Below are positions 47,988 through 56,956 of a stretch of 64,000 bases of DNA, in pieces (the stretch's first letter is position 1; each line of letters opens with the position of its first letter). Source of the stretch: Desulfosudaceae bacterium (lineage in GTDB: Bacteria; Desulfobacterota; Desulfobacteria; Desulfobacterales; Desulfosudaceae). Made by a program: the position numbers and the translations under genes. The stretch lies in assembly GCA_963674745.2 (NCBI GenBank), contig CAXXDV010000001.1, forward strand, positions 480,001 to 544,000, given 5' to 3'. The notes below the pieces were generated by a model. That model was not told the origin of the DNA, made no database searches, and saw only the letters and a list, made by a program, of their open reading frames with translations.

Positions 47988-48884
47988 ATGGCACTACAAG
48001 CATTCGGAAAAAACCTTTTTTTTCTCGACAACTATCCGATCAATGTATTCAAGGTGGGACCGCCCTATCTTTTTCTGAAACGCCCTGATTTGGATTTCAC
48101 CAAGCAGCAGCATTATCATGATTTTTCAGAACTGGTCATTGTCACCGAAGGGACCGGCCTGCATTGGGTGGAGGGGTTTGAATTTCATGTATCGGCCGGG
48201 GATGTGTTTTTAATCCAGGGGGAGCAGCAGCATTTTTTTAAAGAACTCAACGGCTTAACGTTGTATAATGTGATGTATCAACCGGACAGACTTCAGCTAC
48301 CCTTAAAAGAGCTGAAGAAAATCCCGGGATTTAACGCGGTTTTTGTGCTGGAACCGGCCTATCGCCAAAAGCACAATTTTAAAAGCCGCCTTCACCTGGA
48401 TCGCTCCGCACTGGCTAAAGCGCAGCAGATTCTGCATCAGATGGGGCGGGAGATAAAGTCTCTGGATTCCGGTTTTGAGATCTCTCTTTTCGGTAACCTG
48501 GTCCAGCTGCTTGTGTTTCTGTCCCGCCAATACGCTAAAGCGCCGCAGACAGAACAGGGGCAGGCGATTCTTCGTATTGCCGAAGTTATCGGTGCGCTTG
48601 AAAAGGAATATGCAACTCCCTGGAAGCTTTCAGATCTGGCTGATCTTGCCCGCATGTCCGAGGGGAATCTGCATCGCGTCTTCAAGGAGGCTACCGGGCA
48701 GTCACCCATAGATTATTTAGTCCGGTTGCGGATGCACCGGGCCATGGAGCTGTTGTCCGGGACGACCTTATCGGTAACAGAAATCGCCTTTGACGTGGGT
48801 TTCAACGACAGCAACTATTTTACACGGCAATTCAGAAAAATTGTGGGAATGTCTCCTTCCAGCTACAGAGGATCTACATCATAA
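47988..48884 (+). CDS. AraC-family regulator (RhaR/RhaS-like, cupin + double HTH)
   Basis: HYHDFSELVIV cupin; TEIAFDVGFNDSNYFTRQFRK. Confidence 0.92.
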   Translation: MALQAFGKNLFFLDNYPINVFKVGPPYLFLKRPDLDFTKQQHYHDFSELVIVTEGTGLHWVEGFEFHVSAGDVFLIQGEQQHFFKELNGLTLYNVMYQPDRLQLPLKELKKIPGFNAVFVLEPAYRQKHNFKSRLHLDRSALAKAQQILHQMGREIKSLDSGFEISLFGNLVQLLVFLSRQYAKAPQTEQGQAILRIAEVIGALEKEYATPWKLSDLADLARMSEGNLHRVFKEATGQSPIDYLVRLRMHRAMELLSGTTLSVTEIAFDVGFNDSNYFTRQFRKIVGMSPSSYRGSTS

Positions 48885-48912
48885 CCGTTCCCGGGGGCGG
48901 CGGCCGTGTCGA

Positions 48913-50501
48913 TCAGGCCTTTTCCGGTGAGAAAACACGGGGTCTTATTAAAATAACGATGCAAAGAAGAGCACAGAGCAAAGCAAACACGTCACCGTAG
49001 CGACAATAAAATGTCTTCCGCTTTTCCAACGGAAGCCGGTACAGGCTGATGCCTTCGGTAAAGGTCGGCAGCTGGTCGATGATCCGGCCCGAAACATCTA
49101 TGAAACCCGATATACCCGTATTGGCGGCCCGCGCCAGGGGACGGCGGTTTTCAACACATCTGAAGACCGCCATGGCAAAGTGCTGGTAGTGGGCGCTGGT
49201 GGGGCCGAACCACGAGTCATTGGAAATGTTGATCAGATAGTCCGCGCCTTCGTTAACAAAACCCCGTGCAAGCTGTGGAAAAATGACTTCAACACATACC
49301 AGGGAACCGCAGGCGCCGGCCGGGGTGTCAAAAAGCGTATACCTTGTGCCGGCCGTGTACTGCCGGGGGGCTGCATACCGGAGCCTGAGCACATCGACAA
49401 ACCCCAGGGGGAAGAATTCGCCGAAAGGCAGTAAATGCAGCTTGTCGTGGTATGCCTTGATACCGTCTCCATCGATATAGAAGGCGGTATTATAAAAACG
49501 ATAGTTCCCTTTTTTACCGCTGTAGCGGGGGCCTCCGGTTATCAGCTCCGCATTATGGGTGCGCAGCAGGTTCAGCAGATTTGCCGGGATTCTGTCCTGC
49601 AGGTAAAAAGGCACCGTTGTTTCCGGCCAGATAACCAGCCGCGCACCCCGGGCAAGCGCCGTCTCTGTCATCCGAAGGTGTCGGGACATGATTTCGCCCG
49701 TGTTTTCTTTTCTCCATTTGCTGTCCTGCGGGGTGTTGCCCTGGATAACCGCAACCGTGGCTGTTGATCCGGCAACGGCTTCCGGCTGATGGAGCGGGTA
49801 TTGCCACAGGCGAATGCTTCCATAAAGGATAACTGCCAGCACAGCGGCCAGCGCGGGCAGCATGCGCTTGAAGCACAGGCGTTTATCCGGCAGGCAGGTA
49901 CAGGCGCTATACAGCGTGCCGCTGGTAAAAACAATCAGGAAAGACAGGCCGTAGACGCCGGCAATGTCTGCCGCCTGGATCAGCGGCAGCACCCTGTACT
50001 GAGAATGCCCGAGCAGGCACCAGGGCATGCCGCTCAGCAGGTTGGCGCGGCAGTACTCCATAACGACCCAGAGGCCGGCCAGCCCGGCAGCCTGCACAAA
50101 AGGGGATGGGCATCGCTGAAGCACCCTGCCGGCCGCGGCACCGTAAAAGGCAAAGAAAATCCCGATCAAGGCGCCATTGATGACCAGCAAAAACAGCAGG
50201 CTGACGGCAAAGCCGGCATTGCCGTAAACCTTAAGGCATAGAACACCCAGTATGAAACGCCGATCGAGATCAGGGCCCCGTAAAGCCATCCCAGCAAAAA
50301 GGCCCTTCTGGTGCCTGCCCTGGAAATGGCATACCAGAACGGTATTGCCTGGACCCAGGCAAGAACCCAGAGCCCGGTCCGTGGAAACGCCAGCACCTGC
50401 AACAAGGCAGCCAGGCAGACCAGCAGAATGTGTTTTAACCGGGAACCGCGTTCCTGTATGGGGTCTGGTACGGACTTCTTTCTCTTTTTGGATTTCGCCA
50501 T
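48913..50501 (-). pseudogene. lnt: Apolipoprotein N-acyltransferase with a single frameshift near 50230-50235 (pseudogene or sequencing error)
   Basis: N-terminus (LAFP..GLWVLAW...AFLLGWLYG...YWVFYAL) is in ORF 50166-50501; the remainder (VYGNAG..., PWCLLGHSQ, QGN, WPET, KLHLLPFGE, VCVE, SNDSWFG) is in ORF 48913-50523. Confidence 0.85.
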
Positions 50502-50626
50502 AAAACTGAACTGGAAATATCAATTAAAAACATTTGATACAAGTACCATCATTGCGTTATGATTACGACTATAAAAAAAAATAACGCAATATATTTTTTT
50601 ACCCTGCCTTAAAAGGAAATGAATTT

Positions 50627-50854
50627 ATGGCTGATAAACCGGGAAAAGTCGAACACTATGATAAGCAGTTTGGCATAATCGCTATTGAAAAAGGATACAT
50701 TTCTGCTGAGAACCTGATCGGTGGCCTGAAAACTCAGGTTGAAGAAGACATCCAGAACAATACACACCGCTTGATAGGTGAAATCCTGGTGGACAAAGGG
50801 CACATGACGCTTTCTCAGGTTAATGACGTCATTGCCGAAATGTTTCCAGGCTGA
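50627..50854 (+). CDS. Small MshEN-like (T2SSE N-terminal-like) protein
   Basis: Two motifs resembling RLGxxLxxxGxI: QFGIIAIEKGYIS and LIGEILVDKGHMT. Confidence 0.6.
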   Translation: MADKPGKVEHYDKQFGIIAIEKGYISAENLIGGLKTQVEEDIQNNTHRLIGEILVDKGHMTLSQVNDVIAEMFPG

Positions 50855-51028
50855 GCCTTGACTTTATTGTTCCGTCGCTTTTGTATCTTCCTGATTGACA
50901 ATATCGAGCGACGCCACAACGAAAAGCAGAACGGAATCCAGCGCTATCCGCTCTCCGGAACCGATCGCGCCATAAACAAGCCCAAAAGGCACGTCCCGGG
51001 TTAGCTGTCGCAGGCGGGGGATGTTCTT

Positions 51029-52444
51029 TTAATCTGTTTGTGCCCTGTATTCCGCAAGCGCCTTTTGTATTCGATCTAAAAGGTCTTTAGGGAAAAGTTT
51101 TCCGCCCAGTTTTTGCTGAACCGCCTTTCCCGCCTTTTCAAGGGCCTGCCGGTCCTCGGATGAGAAGGTCAGGACTTTCATTCCGCATTTGGTTTCAAAG
51201 GCTTTCAGACTTTTTTCTTCGTAGCTTCTGATCCGTCGGTTCCATTCGGTTTCAAACGAGTTGAGTTCGGAGACAAACAGTTCCATTACATTGTCGGCGT
51301 AAATTCTGGACACGCCCAGCTGGCTGCGAATCCGGTCTACTAATGTGGACCTGATCAGAACAGCACCCGGAGAATAGAGAATCGGCGGTTTGATGTAAAA
51401 ATTCGAGTACTGGTAGGCCTGCATACCCAGCATCCAGGCCGCAGGAGACATATTAACGTTTATCTGGCCCGTGCTGAGGGCCGCAACCGTATCAGGAACA
51501 GCCACCGTTATCGGGTTAATACCCAGTTCCTGATAAAACGCCGTCTCCATGGCACCGAACCACATCGCAACATTCTGTTTTCTGATGTCAGCCAGACCGA
51601 CCGCCTTGTTTACTGAAAACCAGTAACAGTTACCGGTATCGATAAGCGCCCCCAGAATGTAGCCGTTTTTTTCAAAAGCCCGGTCAAATGTTTTTCTGAA
51701 TTTTTTACAGATGTAATCAACTTCATCATAATCATTAAACAAACCGGGCAGCATCAGAACCGAGATATCGGATGATCCTTCCATCAGCCCCACGGCGGTG
51801 CAGCCGCAACTGTCAAGCCGGTCTTCACCCATCTTTCTTAAAACATCTGTATCCTCTCCCATGACACCGCCGCCGTATATCTTTACCAGGAATTTTCCGC
51901 CGGACAGGTTCTCGATCCTCGGCAGGATCATGGTTTCGGGTACGTTCAGCCAGGGCGTGCCCGGAGGGGCGAGGGAGGCTATTGTAAACACGATGGGATC
52001 ATTCGCTTTCATGGCAGTCGGCACTGCCCGCCAAACAATTTTTTTGGCCGCCGGCCACTCCATATGGGGAGAAAAAAGCGCGTTAAAACGTTCGGGCACG
52101 ACATTTAAAATATAACGGGAGGTCATTTGCCGGTCAATTATTGACAGAAAAACTTCTTCCATCATGGTTTCAAACGCAGTCTCGCCCATTGATCCGTTGG
52201 CCAGCATGTTTATCATGGTCTGCTGGCGCTGCTCGAGTGCCGGGCCAAATTCCTGACCGGTCCACAATGCCAGAAGGCTGTCCTGCAGTATGCTCTGAAA
52301 TCTGTCGCGGTCGGCGTCAGCGGCTGTAACGGTCAAGGTGTGCGCTAAAACTAGAAATATAATGATCAGGCAGGGCAATATCCGCAACCGTTTATTCAAA
52401 GCACCCGCATTTAAAAAGGCCATAGCCCTGTTCCCTTCCGGCAT
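51029..52444 (-). CDS. dctP: TRAP transporter substrate-binding protein DctP (TPAT-like), paralog of 21423-22826
   Basis: FQSILQDSL.ALWTG, SLAPPGTPW, KIYGGGVMGED; start codon uncertain. Confidence 0.8.
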   Translation of the reverse strand: MPEGNRAMAFLNAGALNKRLRILPCLIIIFLVLAHTLTVTAADADRDRFQSILQDSLLALWTGQEFGPALEQRQQTMINMLANGSMGETAFETMMEEVFLSIIDRQMTSRYILNVVPERFNALFSPHMEWPAAKKIVWRAVPTAMKANDPIVFTIASLAPPGTPWLNVPETMILPRIENLSGGKFLVKIYGGGVMGEDTDVLRKMGEDRLDSCGCTAVGLMEGSSDISVLMLPGLFNDYDEVDYICKKFRKTFDRAFEKNGYILGALIDTGNCYWFSVNKAVGLADIRKQNVAMWFGAMETAFYQELGINPITVAVPDTVAALSTGQINVNMSPAAWMLGMQAYQYSNFYIKPPILYSPGAVLIRSTLVDRIRSQLGVSRIYADNVMELFVSELNSFETEWNRRIRSYEEKSLKAFETKCGMKVLTFSSEDRQALEKAGKAVQQKLGGKLFPKDLLDRIQKALAEYRAQTD

Positions 52445-52602
52445 ATTAATTGTTCGTTATGATAAGGTTTGATTGTGCCTTTCCCGCCAAATCGGATCGA
52501 AAAAAACCAGGAAATTGCTTTTATGCTTTTATAACTTAAAATTCTAGCATGGACTGATTTGTGTGGCAACATTACGGTTATCTACGGTTATCTGCCGGAT
52601 CG

Positions 52603-53493
52603 TTATTTCCGCTTTTCATTAACAGGCCTTGCTCCCCCGTCAGGCCGTATTTCATAGATCAGCCCGTTTAAGGTGTTGGATACAAACACCTTATCCTTTG
52701 AGTCAATGGTGATATTATCTGTACCGAAGCAAGCCGTCGCTACCCGTTCCTTGTCTCCGGCTACAGGATCAATTTTCCAGATATTTCCGGGGAATGTGGC
52801 GGCATACAGTTCTCCTTTTGAATTAAATTTTACCCCTGCCACCAAAGGCAAATCCGCAATTACCGTTTTAATATCCGTTTCAAGCGCTGCTGTGGCCGGG
52901 TTGTCCGCATCGACATTGGTGGAAACAATTTTTCCGGCCCGGTTCAAGGCCGTATACAAACGGCCGTCCGGGCCGAAATCCGATCCATTAAATTGCCCCT
53001 TGGGCCCGGAGATCAGGCGGGGCGGCTTTTTCAAATTTCGATCAACTTCATATAAAGCATCTCCTAAAACGGCCATTCCAACAAAAACCCTGCCGTCCTT
53101 TGAGATCGCGATTGAGTTTACCCCGGTTGAAATATGCTGTTTGGTAACCCCGCCATTGGCATCACGGCGGCAAATATTGCCCTGCAGAATATCCGTATAA
53201 TAAATGTCGCCATTGGGGGCGAATTCCACATCATCGGGACCATCAACACCTTCTTGTTCTCCCAGGGTTTTTAAAACCGCACCGGTTCCGGTATCCAAAA
53301 CATGTATAGCACCGCCAAAAACGGAAGCAACATGAAGCCGGTCATTCCTGTCAAAACAAATGCCGTTTGCCCCCCCTTTTATGCCCGGTGCCAGAAACAA
53401 GACATAAACAAATGTTGCTATTATCAGGAGGGCCGCAACTCCCGCCAAAAGAGCAAAAGACAAAATTAAAAATTTAATCAACTTTTTAAACAT
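52603..53493 (-). CDS. Membrane-anchored SMP-30/gluconolactonase-like beta-propeller protein
   Basis: N-terminal TM; repeated blades ANGICFD, PDDVEFAPNG, FNGSDFGPDG, DNITIDSK. Confidence 0.75.
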   Translation of the reverse strand: MFKKLIKFLILSFALLAGVAALLIIATFVYVLFLAPGIKGGANGICFDRNDRLHVASVFGGAIHVLDTGTGAVLKTLGEQEGVDGPDDVEFAPNGDIYYTDILQGNICRRDANGGVTKQHISTGVNSIAISKDGRVFVGMAVLGDALYEVDRNLKKPPRLISGPKGQFNGSDFGPDGRLYTALNRAGKIVSTNVDADNPATAALETDIKTVIADLPLVAGVKFNSKGELYAATFPGNIWKIDPVAGDKERVATACFGTDNITIDSKDKVFVSNTLNGLIYEIRPDGGARPVNEKRK

Positions 53494-53521
53494 GTTGTCC
53501 TCACTCCCATTTGACTTGATT

Positions 53522-54340
53522 TCAGGTCGTTTTTGTCACAACCCACTTGTGTATTTCATTCGCCGTCTGCCGCCACCCTGTTTCCAGCATAACATTATGG
53601 GCCTGGCCCGGAAGGACCATGAAATCCGCCCCAAGCGCTTGGGCAAGTACCTGCTGTTCGTCCACGGAATAGGTAAAATCCCGGTCGCCGATCATCACCA
53701 GGCACGGCGTTGTAACCTTTTCGGGATACAGGCGTACCCGGAAAAGCATGTCCATTCCCATTTTTTTAGAATCGGGTACGCACTGTTCCCGGTAATACCC
53801 GTCAAGATCAACCGGTGGCGGATCGCTGAAAAACAGCTCTCCGGCAGTTTCCGCGTCGGGTATTTGAAGATTACGAGAAATCATCGTTCGTAAAAATTTC
53901 AAAGGATGGCGGCGGAACATCCGGAATATCAATCGGGCAGCGCCGGTATGCGGGTAACTGGCGATCAGAACAGCACCCGGGAGTTCGTTAGACTCAACGT
54001 ACTTAAGCGTCAGGTAACCACCCAGGCTGTGGGCAATAATGACCGGCCGGGGTAAAATATTTTCAACCGCCTGTTTAAAACAAAGACAGTAGTCCGCAGC
54101 GCCGTATCTGTTGATGTGGCCTTTATTAAGTGAACTCTCTCCGCGTCCGGGCAGATTAGTGGCGTGTGTTTCGTATCCCAGATCCGCAAAATAGCGCATG
54201 AATTGCTGCCAGTATCCAGCGGTACAATGCATGCCATGCTGAAAAAAAAGCGGGGTCTCATACTTTTGCCGGGAAGGTTTTAATATAATATGCTCCAACG
54301 CCTCGTTCCCGGCAAAAATTATTTCGCTGGTCGTTTTCAC
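53522..54340 (-). CDS. Alpha/beta-fold hydrolase
   Basis: FQHGM, AHSLGG nucleophile, GDRD, AHNVM; GTG at 54340 with AGGACAGG RBS avoids overlap. Confidence 0.85.
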   Translation of the reverse strand: MKTTSEIIFAGNEALEHIILKPSRQKYETPLFFQHGMHCTAGYWQQFMRYFADLGYETHATNLPGRGESSLNKGHINRYGAADYCLCFKQAVENILPRPVIIAHSLGGYLTLKYVESNELPGAVLIASYPHTGAARLIFRMFRRHPLKFLRTMISRNLQIPDAETAGELFFSDPPPVDLDGYYREQCVPDSKKMGMDMLFRVRLYPEKVTTPCLVMIGDRDFTYSVDEQQVLAQALGADFMVLPGQAHNVMLETGWRQTANEIHKWVVTKTT

Positions 54341-54366
54341 GTCATACCTGTCCTTAATTAAACTTT

Positions 54367-54798
54367 TTATAACTCCGCCTGATTTTTCAAGGCCTGGTTC
54401 ATCTTTTCGAACCCCTTGCGGGTAACCGCTTCCAGTTTGGCCCACACAACCGGTACCAGCAGACCGGTAAATTCGTCATCATGGATGTAACGGGTCCTGT
54501 TTTCATCCAGGGGTTCGAGAACATGGATATGCTCTCCATTCACCAGTCCCGGCACGAGAAAATACCCCAGCCAGCGCAGTTCCTTTTCAGGAATCATCTT
54601 TGTGATAACCGGGTGGAAAGTTTTACCGGTCGTACTGGTCGGCTGCGCCCGCACGGTAATTTTTTCACCCTGCCGGATCGGTCCTTTTCCCATAACCACA
54701 AACGGGTTCCATTCGGCATAACGTTCCAGGTCCGTGATCAGTTCCCAGACTTTCTTTACAGGTGCTTCGATGTCGATCTGCGTATGAACTTTTCTCAT
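54367..54798 (-). CDS. SRPBCC/polyketide cyclase-like protein
   Basis: IDIEAPVKKVWELITDLERYAEWNPF...GFEKMNQALK. Confidence 0.88.
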   Translation of the reverse strand: MRKVHTQIDIEAPVKKVWELITDLERYAEWNPFVVMGKGPIRQGEKITVRAQPTSTTGKTFHPVITKMIPEKELRWLGYFLVPGLVNGEHIHVLEPLDENRTRYIHDDEFTGLLVPVVWAKLEAVTRKGFEKMNQALKNQAEL

Positions 54799-56081
54799 GG
54801 TGTCTCAGGCTCCTGCTCCTTGCCGATAACCGTACTGATTATGGTCACCAGCTTTTCCTCATCAAGTGCTTCAATCTGCTTTATGGCGTTTTCAACTCCG
54901 ATCATCCTGATATTGTCTTTTTCCGCCCAGGTTTTCGTGACCGTCAGGTCCTTGATACCGGTGATAAAAAGCGCGCCTTTTGAGTTGTAGGTGGTGTCCC
55001 TGAGCATCTCATCAAAAGCCATTTTGGCCAGGGGCCAGTTTTCGGTGATAAAATTCTTTCCGGAACCGGCATTGATGGCCCTGGCCATAAGGTCCGGGTC
55101 AAGGCCTTTTTTCTTTCCCAGGTACATGGCTTCATTCACATTCATGCCCACGATGATGCCGACTATGTTGTTGACCAGTTTCATGGAGGCGCCCATGCCC
55201 AGTTCTCCCATGTAAAACATTTTATCCTTATCCCCCATGGCGTCAAGAACAGGCCGTGCTTTTTCAAAAACACTTTTTTCACCGCCAGCGTAAATGGCCA
55301 GCCCGCCGGTCTCGGCCAGTACCGGCGAACCGCTGACAGGCGCGTCAAGAAGTCCGATTTTATCCCGGCCCATCTCATCCAGTCTGGCTCGCAGCGCCCT
55401 GACCTCATCAGGGGAAACCGTGCTCATAACGATCAGGGTCGCCCGGCTTTCCGGCGGCAGGACTTCCATGAGCTGAAAAGCGACATCTTCCACCTGGGCC
55501 ATGTTGTTGACCATGATGACGATGGTCTGGACATCGGCCATGTCGGCCAGGGATCTGCATTTGATGGCGCCTGCAGCGATGACCTTTTCAAGTGCTTTTT
55601 CATTCAGGTCATAGGCCTTGACGCCGAATCCCTTTTTTAAAAGCGTACGCGCCATGGGACCGCCGATCATCCCGAGACCTGCAAAGCCGACTGTTTCCAG
55701 TTGTCCCGGGCTTTTTTCCCCCTTGGATTTGAGGGCATCGGCCAGGGCCTTGAACCATAGCAGCAAAGCCAGTTCCCCCTGGATGTCGATCTTTCCGTTT
55801 GTTATGCCGTTTAAAAAAGCATTCTTGTCTTTGGAAATAAGAATGGAAAACCCCTCATCGGCGTTCGTAAAGCAGATGGTCAGGTCCGACTGACCCTGCT
55901 TGTTCCTGTATGTGGTCAAGCGGCCGCCGGCAAAGACAAACTGTTTGACAACTTTCCGGTCGGTGGTTTTGAAACATATAGACGCCTGGTGTCTCCTGGC
56001 AAGCTTTATGAATTCGGGGTTTGTTCTTAACGCGCGTTTCATCAGTTTTTCAAGCAGCCATAAGACGATTTTGAGTTTCAT
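54795..56081 (-). CDS. SCP2-like lipid-binding domain fused to beta-hydroxyacid (3-hydroxyisobutyrate-type) dehydrogenase
   Basis: N-terminal AFLNGITNGKIDIQGEL SCP2-like segment; GFAGLGMIG, DAPVSG, MKLVNN. Confidence 0.8.
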   Translation of the reverse strand: MKLKIVLWLLEKLMKRALRTNPEFIKLARRHQASICFKTTDRKVVKQFVFAGGRLTTYRNKQGQSDLTICFTNADEGFSILISKDKNAFLNGITNGKIDIQGELALLLWFKALADALKSKGEKSPGQLETVGFAGLGMIGGPMARTLLKKGFGVKAYDLNEKALEKVIAAGAIKCRSLADMADVQTIVIMVNNMAQVEDVAFQLMEVLPPESRATLIVMSTVSPDEVRALRARLDEMGRDKIGLLDAPVSGSPVLAETGGLAIYAGGEKSVFEKARPVLDAMGDKDKMFYMGELGMGASMKLVNNIVGIIVGMNVNEAMYLGKKKGLDPDLMARAINAGSGKNFITENWPLAKMAFDEMLRDTTYNSKGALFITGIKDLTVTKTWAEKDNIRMIGVENAIKQIEALDEEKLVTIISTVIGKEQEPETP

Positions 56082-56151
56082 GATGTTGCTCCGTATCAAA
56101 TGATTTTAGTTTTTATCCGCTATCAGGTGCGATTCGCTTTATACAAGACCG

Positions 56152-56763
56152 CTATTTGTCTTTGTTTATGATTACTCTTCTAAATTGGTCCATAGATCTG
56201 GAAAATTGATCGATCTGTTTTTCCGGAATCTCATCGGGCCGGCCAAGATGGTTAAGCAGAAAGAGATTGTTGACCCAGCCGGTCATCAGCCAGGCCACAA
56301 TTTCCACATCGATATCACTGCCGAAAATTTCCCGGTCGAAAACCTTGGAAATGATCTGCACCCAGGCCGTATGAAGGGATTTCAGCAGTTCCCATACTCT
56401 TTCCTTTATGTCAGGATCTTCTACGCATTGGGCCTTGAGCATGACGGTCATCCGGTCCGGGTTGGTCCTTACTTCATGCTGGAAGCGCTTTCCATAATCG
56501 CGGATCTGACGGAAACTGATGGATGGAATACCGTCTATAAGCCGGACCCGGCCGAGGAGGGATTCGTAAATACTGTCCAGCACGGCCAGCTGGAGCCCTT
56601 TTTTATTCGTAAAATGCTTGTATATAACCGGTTCGGTAACCCCGACCTCCCTGGCAATAACGGCAATCGTGCACCGTTCGAAGCTGGTGCGCGCAATGAC
56701 GGCAATGGTCGCTTCAATTATGGATTGTCGTCTTTGCTCTCCTGTCATGCGTTTCCGGGTCAA
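56152..56763 (-). CDS. TetR/AcrR-family regulator
   Basis: RRQSIIEAT...IAREVGVTEPVIYKHFTNK HTH. Confidence 0.92.
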   Translation of the reverse strand: MTRKRMTGEQRRQSIIEATIAVIARTSFERCTIAVIAREVGVTEPVIYKHFTNKKGLQLAVLDSIYESLLGRVRLIDGIPSISFRQIRDYGKRFQHEVRTNPDRMTVMLKAQCVEDPDIKERVWELLKSLHTAWVQIISKVFDREIFGSDIDVEIVAWLMTGWVNNLFLLNHLGRPDEIPEKQIDQFSRSMDQFRRVIINKDK

Positions 56764-56787
56764 ATCGGCACCAATAAAGATGTTATA

Positions 56788-56827
56788 TAAGTTAGTTAAT
56801 AATAACTAACTTAATGGTTCGAGTCAA
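56788..56827 (-). promoter_or_regulatory. sigma70 promoter with overlapping palindromic TetR operator
   Basis: TAAGTTAGTTA-ATAA-TAACTAACTTA (56788-56813); minus-strand TTGACT-N17-TATTAT. Confidence 0.8.
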
Positions 56828-56956
56828 GCCCTTTTTTTAATCTCCGGTTCGGGCTGGCCAACAGATTTCAAAGTTTACTTGAACGGCTGGCCCGACCTGC
56901 ATCTGCAAGGTACAGGACGTGTACCAATGAGGACTGCGATAATCTTGAACCTGGCT

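Noticed and set aside
50236..50523. N-terminal ~95 aa of ORF 48913-50523 as the genuine Lnt start
   Set aside because: Wrong frame; the Lnt-like hydrophobic N-terminus is in the 50166-50501 frame
52573..52593. TACGGTTATC tandem duplication upstream of second dctP
   Set aside because: Only two 10-bp copies, not seen upstream of the paralog; probably slippage
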